29,437 nt of DNA from a virus. Taxonomy: Duplodnaviria; Caudoviricetes. The translations under genes and the position numbers were made by a program. Each line of letters begins with the position of its first letter. Position 1 is the stretch's first letter. The notes under the pieces are model-generated. The model ran no database searches and had not been told where the DNA came from. It saw nothing but the letters and a program-made list of their open reading frames with translations. Location of the stretch: positions 1 through 29,437 of the IMG/VR virus record IMGVR_UViG_3300017754_000884. One strand, 5' to 3'. This document shows, in pieces, positions 19,188-27,926 of the stretch.

Positions 19188-20764
19188 TGTCAAACTTTGC
19201 ATTAGACGTCAACACGCCACAGGGCGATATCATATCCAGCCTTAACTATGTGTTGAGTAATCTTGGTACATTTGATGCCAACATTGTGGCCAACATTGCC
19301 AATGTGGCCATTACCAGTGCCAATGTGGTCACTGCCAATACTGTCACAGGACAACTGTCCAGTCGCAATTCTGGCACATTGAGTTATATCTATAACTATG
19401 TCAACGTCAAATATGCCAACAATGCCACTGGCAGTTCAGGATTTAGCAGTAATAGTACCAATGCAAATTATTATGGTGTCAACAACACTCAAGAAGGAAC
19501 TATCAGTAACAATCCCACTGACTATGTTTGGTCTAGAGTAACAGGTGGATTTGGCACAACCAAAGGTTTATATTTTACCACAGTGGGTGGTGGACAGATT
19601 TTCTTTAGTGCCAATGCCACAGCACCCAGTGTGCGTTACAGTCCTGTTATAGATAACACAGCCATTTTGTTGCAAAACCTTGCCAACAGCCTGGTAACCA
19701 CAACCACTATCAATCCTGGTGCTGTGACCAACGTGGGCATTGCCACACAAACTATTCAAACAGACAACATTGGTCTTGGTGTTATCACAGCAGACCTGTT
19801 GTCAGCCAACTTGGTCATTGCCAAAGACATCAGAGCAGATGTTGGCGTCATTGGTGATCCTAACAGTCCTGGTTATTGGATGCAGGCCAACACAGGTAGT
19901 GCTCGCTTTGCTGGCACAATGAGTATTGGCAACAACTTGACAGTGGGCAACAATGCAGTAGTGGGCAACAGTTTGAGCATTGGTTCCAATGCCTTTATTG
20001 GACAAGGACTCAGTGTAGGCACCAATGCCATCATTGGCAGTGGCCTCAGCGTGGGTGACAATGCTGTGATTGGCAACAGTCTTGGAGTGGGCAACAATGC
20101 TGTGATTGCCAACAATTTAACTGTGGGCAACAACGCTGTGATTGGCGGAAACTTGTTGGTTTCTGGTTTGATCACAGCTGGCAGTTTAAACACCAACACA
20201 GTTAATACCACAACTATTACGGCCAATGCTGTAACATTAAGCAATGCTATATCTGATACCGCAGGAGCATCAGCCACCAATCCCACAGTCTCATTTGCTG
20301 GTAACAGTTCTCCATATGCATATTACAGCACAGGATTAACCATACCAAAAGGACTTAACGTAGACATTAATACTGCCAATGTGAGTATTGTGATCAACGG
20401 TGTAGTTGACGTATTTGCCTTTGTGCGAGCCAATGTCAATTACGTTACTCAAATGTATGCACAATTATTTAGATATGGTCCTGGCAACGCTGTGGTTGGT
20501 TTGAGTTCAAGTTTTGCCACAACTCCAGCCGCACAATTATTTGCTGCCAACGCTACTGTACAGGCCACAGAAACTTTATTACCATATAGATTGGTGTCTG
20601 CAGGTACCTTGGACAATTTTACCAGCAATGGAGAACCACAAACAATAACTTATAAATGGTTAATAGGCACATACACAGGAGCCACAAGTTTTCCTGCCAA
20701 TGTAACTGTGCCCAACATATCATATACCACAGCCACTATTAGTGCCACAAACTTTAAGAGATAA
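19187..20764 (+). CDS. second tail fibre/spike with hexapeptide beta-repeat (525 aa)
   Basis: TAATG coupling at 19185-19189; VKYANNATG..NPTDYVWS fibre-type motif; 13 x-x-[IV]-G-x-x repeats; followed by a fibre chaperone. Confidence 0.72.
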   Translation: MSNFALDVNTPQGDIISSLNYVLSNLGTFDANIVANIANVAITSANVVTANTVTGQLSSRNSGTLSYIYNYVNVKYANNATGSSGFSSNSTNANYYGVNNTQEGTISNNPTDYVWSRVTGGFGTTKGLYFTTVGGGQIFFSANATAPSVRYSPVIDNTAILLQNLANSLVTTTTINPGAVTNVGIATQTIQTDNIGLGVITADLLSANLVIAKDIRADVGVIGDPNSPGYWMQANTGSARFAGTMSIGNNLTVGNNAVVGNSLSIGSNAFIGQGLSVGTNAIIGSGLSVGDNAVIGNSLGVGNNAVIANNLTVGNNAVIGGNLLVSGLITAGSLNTNTVNTTTITANAVTLSNAISDTAGASATNPTVSFAGNSSPYAYYSTGLTIPKGLNVDINTANVSIVINGVVDVFAFVRANVNYVTQMYAQLFRYGPGNAVVGLSSSFATTPAAQLFAANATVQATETLLPYRLVSAGTLDNFTSNGEPQTITYKWLIGTYTGATSFPANVTVPNISYTTATISATNFKR

Positions 20765-20765
20765 T

Positions 20766-21026
20766 ATGGACATTATTGATACAAGTCAATTTGATATTCC
20801 TTTGCCAAACTTTGCAGGAGGTTTGGACAGCCTAAAAGTGGCCAGCACAGCACTGAGAAACAAATTATTACAAGAACATGTGGATGCCGTTAATCCCATT
20901 AGATATGAAGCACTTACACAGGCTCAACGTGAAGAATTAAAACAATACAGACAAGCCTTGTTGGATTTGCCTCAACAAGCAACCTGGCCACATGTGACAT
21001 GGCCTACCAAACCTGCTTGGCTGTAA
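20766..21026 (+). CDS. phage tail fibre assembly chaperone (86 aa)
   Basis: RNKLL...YRQALLDLPQQATWPHVTWPTKP matches the Phage_tail_APC/Tfa-type C-terminal motif. Confidence 0.85.
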   Translation: MDIIDTSQFDIPLPNFAGGLDSLKVASTALRNKLLQEHVDAVNPIRYEALTQAQREELKQYRQALLDLPQQATWPHVTWPTKPAWL

Positions 21027-21031
21027 ATGGG

Positions 21032-21037
21032 TAAATA
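21032..21037 (+). promoter_or_regulatory. putative late promoter TAAATA
   Basis: Intergenic; ends 24 nt before ATG 21062. Confidence 0.55.
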
Positions 21038-21061
21038 TAGATATATTGAAAGATAAAGACA

Positions 21062-21883
21062 ATGGATGAAACGTACGATTATTTTGGAGGCTGGGACAGC
21101 GGCAACTATGACAGCAACTGGGGAGATGAATTCAGTTGGGGAGATCAAACGCCTGCGTATAATTACGACAATTATGATTTTCAAGGTCCAACCTATCAAG
21201 ACATGGGTTATGATCCAAACTATCAAGAAATGGGCCCAACCTATCAAGACATGGGTTATGATCCAAACTATCAAGAAATGGGCCCAACCTATCAAGAAAT
21301 GGGTTACGACCAAGAATACGGTCCAACATATCAAGAAATGGGCTATGAACCAAATCAAGGTCAACAACAAACACGTGGTTATGGACAACCACAACAACCA
21401 CAACAACCAGGACAACCACCAAGACAACAAACTCGCGGTGGTGGTGGCCTATTAGGCGGCCTGTTTGGTGGTGGAGGCGGTGGTGGAGGCGGAGGCTTTG
21501 GTGACATATTGGGCACCTTGGGCGGCCTGGCCTTGGTTGGTGGTGTTGGTGCATTGTTAGGCAGTATGTTATCTAACAAATCCAGTGGCGGAGGTGGAAC
21601 ACCAAGTCCTCTCAGCATGCCTGGATCAACTGTCACGCCAACCAAATTGGCAACGCCTGGTATAAATCCTGGCTATGCCATGGGTGCATCAGCGGCTCCT
21701 GTCATGGGATCAACCACAAGCAATCTTGGTAAATTAATTAGTCCTGGAGCCATTGCTCCTGTAAATCCACAAACTGTTATGCCAATGGCATCACCACAAA
21801 TGAATCAGATGGCACAGATGCCACAGATGCCACAGATGCCACAGATGCCACAGATGCCACAGATGCCACCAGGAATGATGTAA
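21062..21883 (+). CDS. low-complexity putative internal/ejection protein (273 aa)
   Basis: Tyr/Asp/Gly repeats, poly-Gly, a Gly-rich hydrophobic segment (ILGTLGGLALVGGVGALLGSML) and QMP repeats; first gene of ejection slot. Confidence 0.7.
   Translation: MDETYDYFGGWDSGNYDSNWGDEFSWGDQTPAYNYDNYDFQGPTYQDMGYDPNYQEMGPTYQDMGYDPNYQEMGPTYQEMGYDQEYGPTYQEMGYEPNQGQQQTRGYGQPQQPQQPGQPPRQQTRGGGGLLGGLFGGGGGGGGGGFGDILGTLGGLALVGGVGALLGSMLSNKSSGGGGTPSPLSMPGSTVTPTKLATPGINPGYAMGASAAPVMGSTTSNLGKLISPGAIAPVNPQTVMPMASPQMNQMAQMPQMPQMPQMPQMPQMPPGMM
21188..21355 (+). repeat. 48-nt coding tandem repeat (PTYQDMGYDPNYQEMG), 2 perfect plus degenerate copies
   Basis: Identical units start at 21188 and 21236. Confidence 0.92.
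21815..21868 (+). repeat. 9-nt tandem repeat CAGATGCCA x6 (QMP)
   Basis: Six perfect copies, preceded by variant CAGATGGCA. Confidence 0.95.
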
Positions 21884-22852
21884 ATGAGCCAAGGCAAATT
21901 AGGTGGATCAGGCGGAGGTCAAGGAGGCGGCGGTGATCTGATGACCGTGTTGTTTGGTAACAATTACCAATCCCTGTTTGGCGGTCAACAAGGTCAACAA
22001 AACACAGGTGGTATGCCTGGATCTAATCCTAGTATGCCCAGCGGCGACTTTACCATGCCACAGATGAACACTCCCAATTTTGGTTCTATTGGCGGTGATC
22101 TTGATACTATGTTTGGTCAGGCACAACAAAACATAGCACAACCTACTTTTAATGCTCCAAGTTCTGGTCCGCAAGCCATCATGTACGAAGGACCAAAAAG
22201 AACATTTAGAGATGAACCATTAATACCAGCACCACAATATCAAACACCACAACAACCCGTACAACAACCGCAACAACGTGCTCCAATGCAGCCACGTGCT
22301 CCGCAACGTCCACCGCAACAAAGACCACAACAAAGACCAGCCGCACCAGGTAATTCGTTAATAAACAGAGCCGTTGGTGCTGGCACAGGTGCAGCCAACA
22401 GAGCCATTGATGGTGCCGTACAAAAAGGTGTTGGTGGTGCCATACAAAAAGGTGTTGGTTATGGCACTGGTGCCATGGGCGGATTGTTTGGCGATTCTGC
22501 TCCAGACTACACATATGATGATTCAGCAGGTGGATTATATGGACCAACACCAGATGGTGGCAATATAAATGATCAATACGGATATGATGATTCATATGGC
22601 TACGACCAAGGTGGTAGCGAATACACAGGTGGCCAAGATTACGGTGGTTTCTATGACACTGAACCAACCAGCAACTGGGACAACTGGGGTGGTGTACAAG
22701 AATTCAACACACCTGATTTCAGTTTAGACACCAGTCAAATGGATTGGGGAGACAGTTTTAGTTTTGATCAACCCAACTGGGATTTAGACTTTGGTGGTTT
22801 TGAAACTCCAAGTTTTGACTTTGACATGGACTTTGGTGGCGATTGGTTTTGA
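21884..22852 (+). CDS. low-complexity putative internal/ejection protein (322 aa)
   Basis: Gly/Gln/Pro N-half; Tyr/Asp/Gly then Phe/Trp/Asp acidic-aromatic C-terminus. Confidence 0.7.
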   Translation: MSQGKLGGSGGGQGGGGDLMTVLFGNNYQSLFGGQQGQQNTGGMPGSNPSMPSGDFTMPQMNTPNFGSIGGDLDTMFGQAQQNIAQPTFNAPSSGPQAIMYEGPKRTFRDEPLIPAPQYQTPQQPVQQPQQRAPMQPRAPQRPPQQRPQQRPAAPGNSLINRAVGAGTGAANRAIDGAVQKGVGGAIQKGVGYGTGAMGGLFGDSAPDYTYDDSAGGLYGPTPDGGNINDQYGYDDSYGYDQGGSEYTGGQDYGGFYDTEPTSNWDNWGGVQEFNTPDFSLDTSQMDWGDSFSFDQPNWDLDFGGFETPSFDFDMDFGGDWF

Positions 22853-22870
22853 TAGCAATTAAAAATAAGT

Positions 22871-22876
22871 TAAATA
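22871..22876 (+). promoter_or_regulatory. putative late promoter TAAATA
   Basis: Intergenic; ends 24 nt before ATG 22901. Confidence 0.55.
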
Positions 22877-22900
22877 CATAATAGATTAAGGACAAGAATT

Positions 22901-23623
22901 ATGAGTTATGGTAAGCAAAGCGGCAGTACATCATCAATGCCCATACCAACAGACGTACAAAAACAATATGAATCCAACCGTGCCGCAACAGGCACAGGTA
23001 TAATGAACAATATTGCTGGCATAACACAGAGTTTGCCTGAGATGTACAATGCCAGTTTAGGTGGTGTAAATCAGGCCGCAACCAATCTTGCCCAGACTGG
23101 CAATGCTATCAGTCAAAACATGGGACAGGGCGGTGCTGGTGCGTATGCCACAGGCATCAATGCCTTAAGCAACATTTCAAGTCCTGCTTATCAACAAGCA
23201 CAAATGCAAGCAGCCTTGTTTCCTGCACAACAACAATATCAACAAAACCTAGCCGCACAAGGTGCAGGCTTTGGTGGTGCAGGACAGATTGGATCAGCAC
23301 GTCAGGCCTTGGCTGGACAACAATTGGCTGGTCTAAATCAAATGCAACAGCAACAAGCAGCCGCCCAGGTGCTGAACAATATTACCAATCAACAACTACA
23401 AGCAGGTCAAGCACTCACAGGTGCTGGCATATCAGGTGGACAACTTGGTTTGCAAGGTGCACAACAAGGCATCGCTGCTGCCAATGCTCCAATGGACTTG
23501 TTGGCCAAATACGGCGGTATCACTCAAATGTTTGCTGGTATGCCACAAGCAAGTCCAAATTTCACTGGCTTGGTTGGCACCAGCGGAACAACCAGTGGTT
23601 CTACCAAAGGCATCCAAATTTAA
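22901..23623 (+). CDS. DNA ejection/pilot-like internal virion protein (240 aa)
   Basis: TAAGGA RBS; Gln/Ala/Gly-rich helices with AGQIGSARQALA motif typical of podophage ejection proteins. Confidence 0.7.
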   Translation: MSYGKQSGSTSSMPIPTDVQKQYESNRAATGTGIMNNIAGITQSLPEMYNASLGGVNQAATNLAQTGNAISQNMGQGGAGAYATGINALSNISSPAYQQAQMQAALFPAQQQYQQNLAAQGAGFGGAGQIGSARQALAGQQLAGLNQMQQQQAAAQVLNNITNQQLQAGQALTGAGISGGQLGLQGAQQGIAAANAPMDLLAKYGGITQMFAGMPQASPNFTGLVGTSGTTSGSTKGIQI

Positions 23624-23632
23624 GGAAACAAC

Positions 23633-26110
23633 ATGTCATTAGCAAGATCCTTCATAGCCAACCAATTTAGAAACAATCCTGAAAGCACAGGAGATCTAAT
23701 GGCGGACTATTTTACCAATCGTACAGGTATGCCTTTCAATGAATCTGGCAACACAACACCACAGACCACAACTATCAGCACTGACGAAACAGGTAAAACC
23801 ACAGTAACACAAAAACAAGTACTAGACAAAAACAAAGCAGAAGCATTGGCAGCACCTGAAGTTCAAAATCCCATGCAGTTTGTGACTCAACCACCACCAC
23901 AACAGTACATTGATCTGTCAAACAGTCAAGGCCCAATGGCTCAATATGCTCCAGCCATGCCAGTGGCTCCACAACCTGATCCACGCATGATGCAACAGCG
24001 TCAACAGGCCATGATGCAACAGCGTCAACAAGAACAACAACAGGCCATGCTACAAGCAGCCGCACAAACTCCTGTGGCCCAAGGTACTCAAACACCAGAA
24101 ACATTTGGTCGCATGTTGCAAGTTGAATCAGGTGGACGACAATTCAATCCAGATGGCAGCATTGTGACCAGTCCCAAAGGTGCCATGGGCATTGCCCAGA
24201 TCATGCCTGCCACAGCGGCACAACCTGGATATGGTATCAAACCTGCTACACCTGCTGAATTGGCCACACCAGAAGGCAATGCCAATTTTGGTCAAAGATA
24301 TTTTGAAGGCATGTACAACAAGTTTGGTGATCCTGAAAAGGCAGCCGCTGCTTACAATGCTGGTCCTGGCACTATTGAAAAAGCCATGTTGGTTGCCTCG
24401 CAACAGGGTGGCACATGGAAAGATTACATTCCAGCAGAAACCAAAACATACCTGGAAAAAGTATTCAAAGGCAGTGAAGAAACTAAAAAACGTTTTGAGC
24501 CTTTGATTGCTGGTGTACCAACCAGTGACGTTGGTATGACTCCTACTGAACAGGCTATCTATCATTTGACATTGAATTCCAAAGATGTCAACGCACTAGG
24601 TCAAGTTACCTATGCTGGTGATCACTTGGTTGACAAAGCCACTAAACGGGCTGCTGCTGATGAACATGCCGCTGTGCTTGAACGCAATCGCATGGAACAA
24701 AAGGCAGAAAAGAGAGCGGCTGACCTGATCATGAATGGCGGTGCTGGTATGCAACGTGCTTTAAGAGATGAATCAGAAGAAGGCAGTTACCTAAAGGCTT
24801 ACTTGTTCAAACGCCTGGGTCTAAATGATCTAGCACAAGCAGAACAACAAAAACTTGGTGCTGGCGACATGTGGGCACAAACCATGGTCAATGGCACTCC
24901 TGCCTGGGTCAAATTCAATGGTCAAGGTGCTCCCATTAGAGGTTACAATGCTGAAGGTGAACTCAGCGAAAAAGATCTAATCACTGCCATGGCTACCAAA
25001 AGTGTTACCAGCACAGCCAAGGTTTACAAAGATCGTAGCACTGGTGAACTTTACAGTTATCAAACTACACCAGCAGGTCCAAGATTTGTCAGCAACTCAG
25101 GTCAAGTTTATTCAGGACCCACAGCCAATCTATTTGAATATGGTATTGGCACAGAAGTACCTGTGGCAGGTGAAAAAGCCTTCCAGGTCAGTGGACAAAC
25201 TGTGCGTGGTAAAGCAGGTGCAGAAACAGGAGTCACACCACAACCTTTACCTCCTAGCGGTGCTCCAACAGGTGCTGTACCAACTGGACCAGTTGCACAA
25301 CAACCAGGATCAGTTCAACAAATTCAACAAGGCGGTACTGCTGTGGCAAGTCCACAAGGTCAAGCCGCACCTGCACAACCTTATGGAGCAAATGTTCAAT
25401 TTGCTCCAGGTCAAGCAAGACCACAAGGTCCTGCAGTTCCAGGTCAAGCACCAGCACAAGCACAAGCACAGCCAGGTCAAGCACCAGCACAAGCACAGCC
25501 AAGTCCAACACCTGGTATACCTGGTTCAACACCATTGCGTCCACCAATGCCTGGTGAAAGCATTGCTCAATACAATGCCTACAAAGAAGCCTGGGACACT
25601 GAACAAAAAGTTCTCAGCGAAGAAGTGGCCAAAATCAAAGTTAACCTACCTAAAATTACTAGCAGTGGTGATGCAGTTATCAAAACTGTGGATGATGTGC
25701 TCAATCACAAGGGCTTTACAGATGTGGTTGGTGTGCCAAACATACTCACAGGCATCTACAGTCCACCTGGCACAAATGCCAGAGATGCCAAGGCCAAGAT
25801 CAAAGAACTTGAAGGCAAACAATTCTTACAAGCATTTGAAAGTCTCAAAGGCGGTGGTTCAATCACAGAACGTGAAGGTGCGGCAGCCACAGCGGCCATA
25901 TCTGCATTGCAAGATCCTGGCATCAGTGAAGCAGAATATCGTCGCAATGCAACCATATTCAAGAACAGCGTGAGACGCATGGTCAATCGTCAGTTGGAAG
26001 CCACAGGCCAAGCACCTAAATATCCAAGTACGGCAATGGAAATTGAAGATACCAAAAAGGTTGATGGCGTGACTTACACCTATGATGGTATTGGTTGGAA
26101 GAAAAAGTAA
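23633..26110 (+). CDS. internal virion protein with lytic transglycosylase (SLT) domain (825 aa)
   Basis: SLT motifs QVESGG (catalytic Glu), GAMGIAQIMP, AAAAYNAGPG and ETKTYL at about 24100-24470; C-terminal LKGGGSITEREG. Confidence 0.9.
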   Translation: MSLARSFIANQFRNNPESTGDLMADYFTNRTGMPFNESGNTTPQTTTISTDETGKTTVTQKQVLDKNKAEALAAPEVQNPMQFVTQPPPQQYIDLSNSQGPMAQYAPAMPVAPQPDPRMMQQRQQAMMQQRQQEQQQAMLQAAAQTPVAQGTQTPETFGRMLQVESGGRQFNPDGSIVTSPKGAMGIAQIMPATAAQPGYGIKPATPAELATPEGNANFGQRYFEGMYNKFGDPEKAAAAYNAGPGTIEKAMLVASQQGGTWKDYIPAETKTYLEKVFKGSEETKKRFEPLIAGVPTSDVGMTPTEQAIYHLTLNSKDVNALGQVTYAGDHLVDKATKRAAADEHAAVLERNRMEQKAEKRAADLIMNGGAGMQRALRDESEEGSYLKAYLFKRLGLNDLAQAEQQKLGAGDMWAQTMVNGTPAWVKFNGQGAPIRGYNAEGELSEKDLITAMATKSVTSTAKVYKDRSTGELYSYQTTPAGPRFVSNSGQVYSGPTANLFEYGIGTEVPVAGEKAFQVSGQTVRGKAGAETGVTPQPLPPSGAPTGAVPTGPVAQQPGSVQQIQQGGTAVASPQGQAAPAQPYGANVQFAPGQARPQGPAVPGQAPAQAQAQPGQAPAQAQPSPTPGIPGSTPLRPPMPGESIAQYNAYKEAWDTEQKVLSEEVAKIKVNLPKITSSGDAVIKTVDDVLNHKGFTDVVGVPNILTGIYSPPGTNARDAKAKIKELEGKQFLQAFESLKGGGSITEREGAAATAAISALQDPGISEAEYRRNATIFKNSVRRMVNRQLEATGQAPKYPSTAMEIEDTKKVDGVTYTYDGIGWKKK

Positions 26111-27183
26111 TGAGTGATTACATTCAGGATCCTGCCTTACTTGACAAGTTATCTAAACCAGTTGAGGTCAAAAAGGATGAGTATGTGTCTGATCCTGCTG
26201 TTTTAGAAAAGATACAGGCCGCACCATCAGGTGATCAAAAGCCTGCCAAAGAATATTCTGCTACAGAAGCGGCCACCATGATCGCCACGCCAGCGGCCAG
26301 CCTGGCCTATGGTATTGAATCAGGTTACAGCCCTGAAGCAGTACAAAAAGTAACAGCACCACTCAAAAAAGCCATACCACAAACATTCCAAACCTACATG
26401 CGTGAGCCTCTCAAGGCTGCAGTGGATGTGATGACACCCATGGTCACTGGTGGTATTGTGCCACCTCCATATGCCACCACTGAAGGTGCCAAAGGCCTGT
26501 ACAATGCTTATGGTGCTGCCAAAGAAAGTATCAGTGCTGGCAGCAAAATTGCCAGTCAATTTGCTGATGTCAAGGATCTAAGCAACGCTTACCATCCCAT
26601 GCGTCAAGCCATTGCTCAAGCCGCACCTGGTGTTGAAGCCAAGATCAGTGAAATATTTAGAACAGGTGGTGGTAATCAAGGTGTAAAGACTTGGCTTACC
26701 ACAACTGAAGAAGGCAAACAATTCTTAAACAATCCAGCCACCAAAGGTCTGGTTGAACAATATATTGGTGCAGTTCCAAGCAAACTGGCACAAGCAGGCA
26801 AAATATTGAAACCTATAGCAGTGACCGCAGGTCGTGTGGCAGGGCCAGTGGGCTTGGCCTATGACATCTATGAAGCCAGTCCATACTTAGAACAAGCACA
26901 GGTTGGACAAAACACAGCATCAGGACAAGTCAACCAAATGATGCAAGCGGCCAAACAGGCACAACTCAACGCACCAACACCAGCACCCCTAACACCACAA
27001 GAAGCCACTAACCTGTTGCAGTCTGGTGATCAAAGAACCATAGACATCTATGGCGGAGCGGCTGCATTACAACAGATAGCCACAGGTCAATCTGTAAACG
27101 TGATGACACAACCACCTAATGCAATGAACTTTTTGGGCAGAGTAAAAGAACTAAGCAAGCGTTATAAAGGCGTAGGTACATAA
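26110..27183 (+). CDS. putative internal virion protein (357 aa)
   Basis: TAATG coupling at 26108-26112; duplicated N-terminal Y-x-x-D-P-A-x-L-x-K; Ala-rich helical. Confidence 0.72.
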   Translation: MSDYIQDPALLDKLSKPVEVKKDEYVSDPAVLEKIQAAPSGDQKPAKEYSATEAATMIATPAASLAYGIESGYSPEAVQKVTAPLKKAIPQTFQTYMREPLKAAVDVMTPMVTGGIVPPPYATTEGAKGLYNAYGAAKESISAGSKIASQFADVKDLSNAYHPMRQAIAQAAPGVEAKISEIFRTGGGNQGVKTWLTTTEEGKQFLNNPATKGLVEQYIGAVPSKLAQAGKILKPIAVTAGRVAGPVGLAYDIYEASPYLEQAQVGQNTASGQVNQMMQAAKQAQLNAPTPAPLTPQEATNLLQSGDQRTIDIYGGAAALQQIATGQSVNVMTQPPNAMNFLGRVKELSKRYKGVGT

Positions 27184-27185
27184 AC

Positions 27186-27617
27186 ATGACAACAGTAGAA
27201 CAATTAACATTAGTATTCAACAACAACTTTGTGGCCTATTACAGAAGCCATGCGGCACATGCCAACGTCACAGGTCGCACCTTTCGCAGTGACCATAAAA
27301 TGTTGGGTGGTGTGTATGAACGCCGTCAAGCAGAGATTGACAAGATAGGTGAGATCCTACGCACCCAGCAAGAGTTTATGCCCAACAATCTTTTGGACAT
27401 TATCAACAATGCCACAATACCCACAGATCCAATTGAAGGCACCGCAGATGAATTGTTAGAAGCAGTGATGATGGATCTAGAACATCTACTGGATGACTTC
27501 AAAGATTTGATTGTGATAGCATCAGCAGAAAACCTAGAAGAAATCAGTAACTACGCACAAGACCAAGCACTTGACCTAGAGAAAAGTATTTGGATGCTAC
27601 GTAGCACACTAGAATGA
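27186..27617 (+). CDS. dps: Dps/ferritin-like protein
   Basis: HAAHANVTGRTFRSDH..Y..IDKIGE and LEKSIWML match Dps signatures; His, His, Asp, Glu ferroxidase ligands retained. Confidence 0.88.
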   Translation: MTTVEQLTLVFNNNFVAYYRSHAAHANVTGRTFRSDHKMLGGVYERRQAEIDKIGEILRTQQEFMPNNLLDIINNATIPTDPIEGTADELLEAVMMDLEHLLDDFKDLIVIASAENLEEISNYAQDQALDLEKSIWMLRSTLE

Positions 27618-27772
27618 GCAACATAGCTCCAATCTTTCAAGACTTGGATGATCACATCAAAGAGTGCGATTATCGTTACCGCAAGTTGGAAGAAAAAATG
27701 GACCAAGTGGATCAACGCTTGGACCGCATTGAACGCTTGATCTTGGAACTCAAAGACAGTCTTAAAAGTTAG
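27614..27772 (+). CDS. 52-aa coiled-coil protein (absent from ORF track)
   Basis: Hand translation MSNIAPIFQDLDDHIKECDYRYRKLEEKMDQVDQRLDRIERLILELKDSLKS; ATGA overlap with dps; heptad pattern. Confidence 0.75.
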   Translation: MSNIAPIFQDLDDHIKECDYRYRKLEEKMDQVDQRLDRIERLILELKDSLKS

Positions 27773-27926
27773 CGTCGTAAAATTTTCTAACGTGGTCAAT
27801 GAATGCTTGATAATCAAATTGACCACCTTCAACACCAACTCCATTTTCTATTACTTCAATTTCTATCTTGTCTGGATAGTCTGGATCTATGGTCAAACGA
27901 AAACCACCAAGTTCTAAATTAGTCAT
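27762..27926 (-). CDS. 54-aa acidic hypothetical protein (absent from ORF track)
   Basis: Hand translation MTNLELGGFRLTIDPDYPDKIEIEVIENGVGVEGGQFDYQAFIDHVRKFYDANF; start overlaps groES end by 8 nt; fills the gap exactly. Confidence 0.72.
   Translation of the reverse strand: MTNLELGGFRLTIDPDYPDKIEIEVIENGVGVEGGQFDYQAFIDHVRKFYDANF

Noticed and set aside
11189-20764. Diversity-generating retroelement acting on fibres
   Set aside because: No reverse transcriptase in the window and no template/variable repeat pair with adenine-specific mismatches seen
20972-22667. Several minus-strand and alternative-frame ORFs over the low-complexity genes
   Set aside because: Stop-free mirrors of the tandem repeats, with no RBS or promoter support
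25002-25973. 323-aa alternative-frame ORF inside the SLT-containing gene
   Set aside because: Shadow frame produced by CAA/CCA/GCA-rich codons; GTG start with no RBS; no protein-like motifs
23633-26110. Endolysin call for the SLT gene
   Set aside because: The SLT domain is embedded in an 825-aa protein in the ejection cluster, consistent with a virion entry enzyme; no lysis cassette was recognised in the window
27551-27844. 97-aa minus-strand ORF from the track
   Set aside because: Overlaps dps and both micro-ORFs, which tile the region better and have coupled starts
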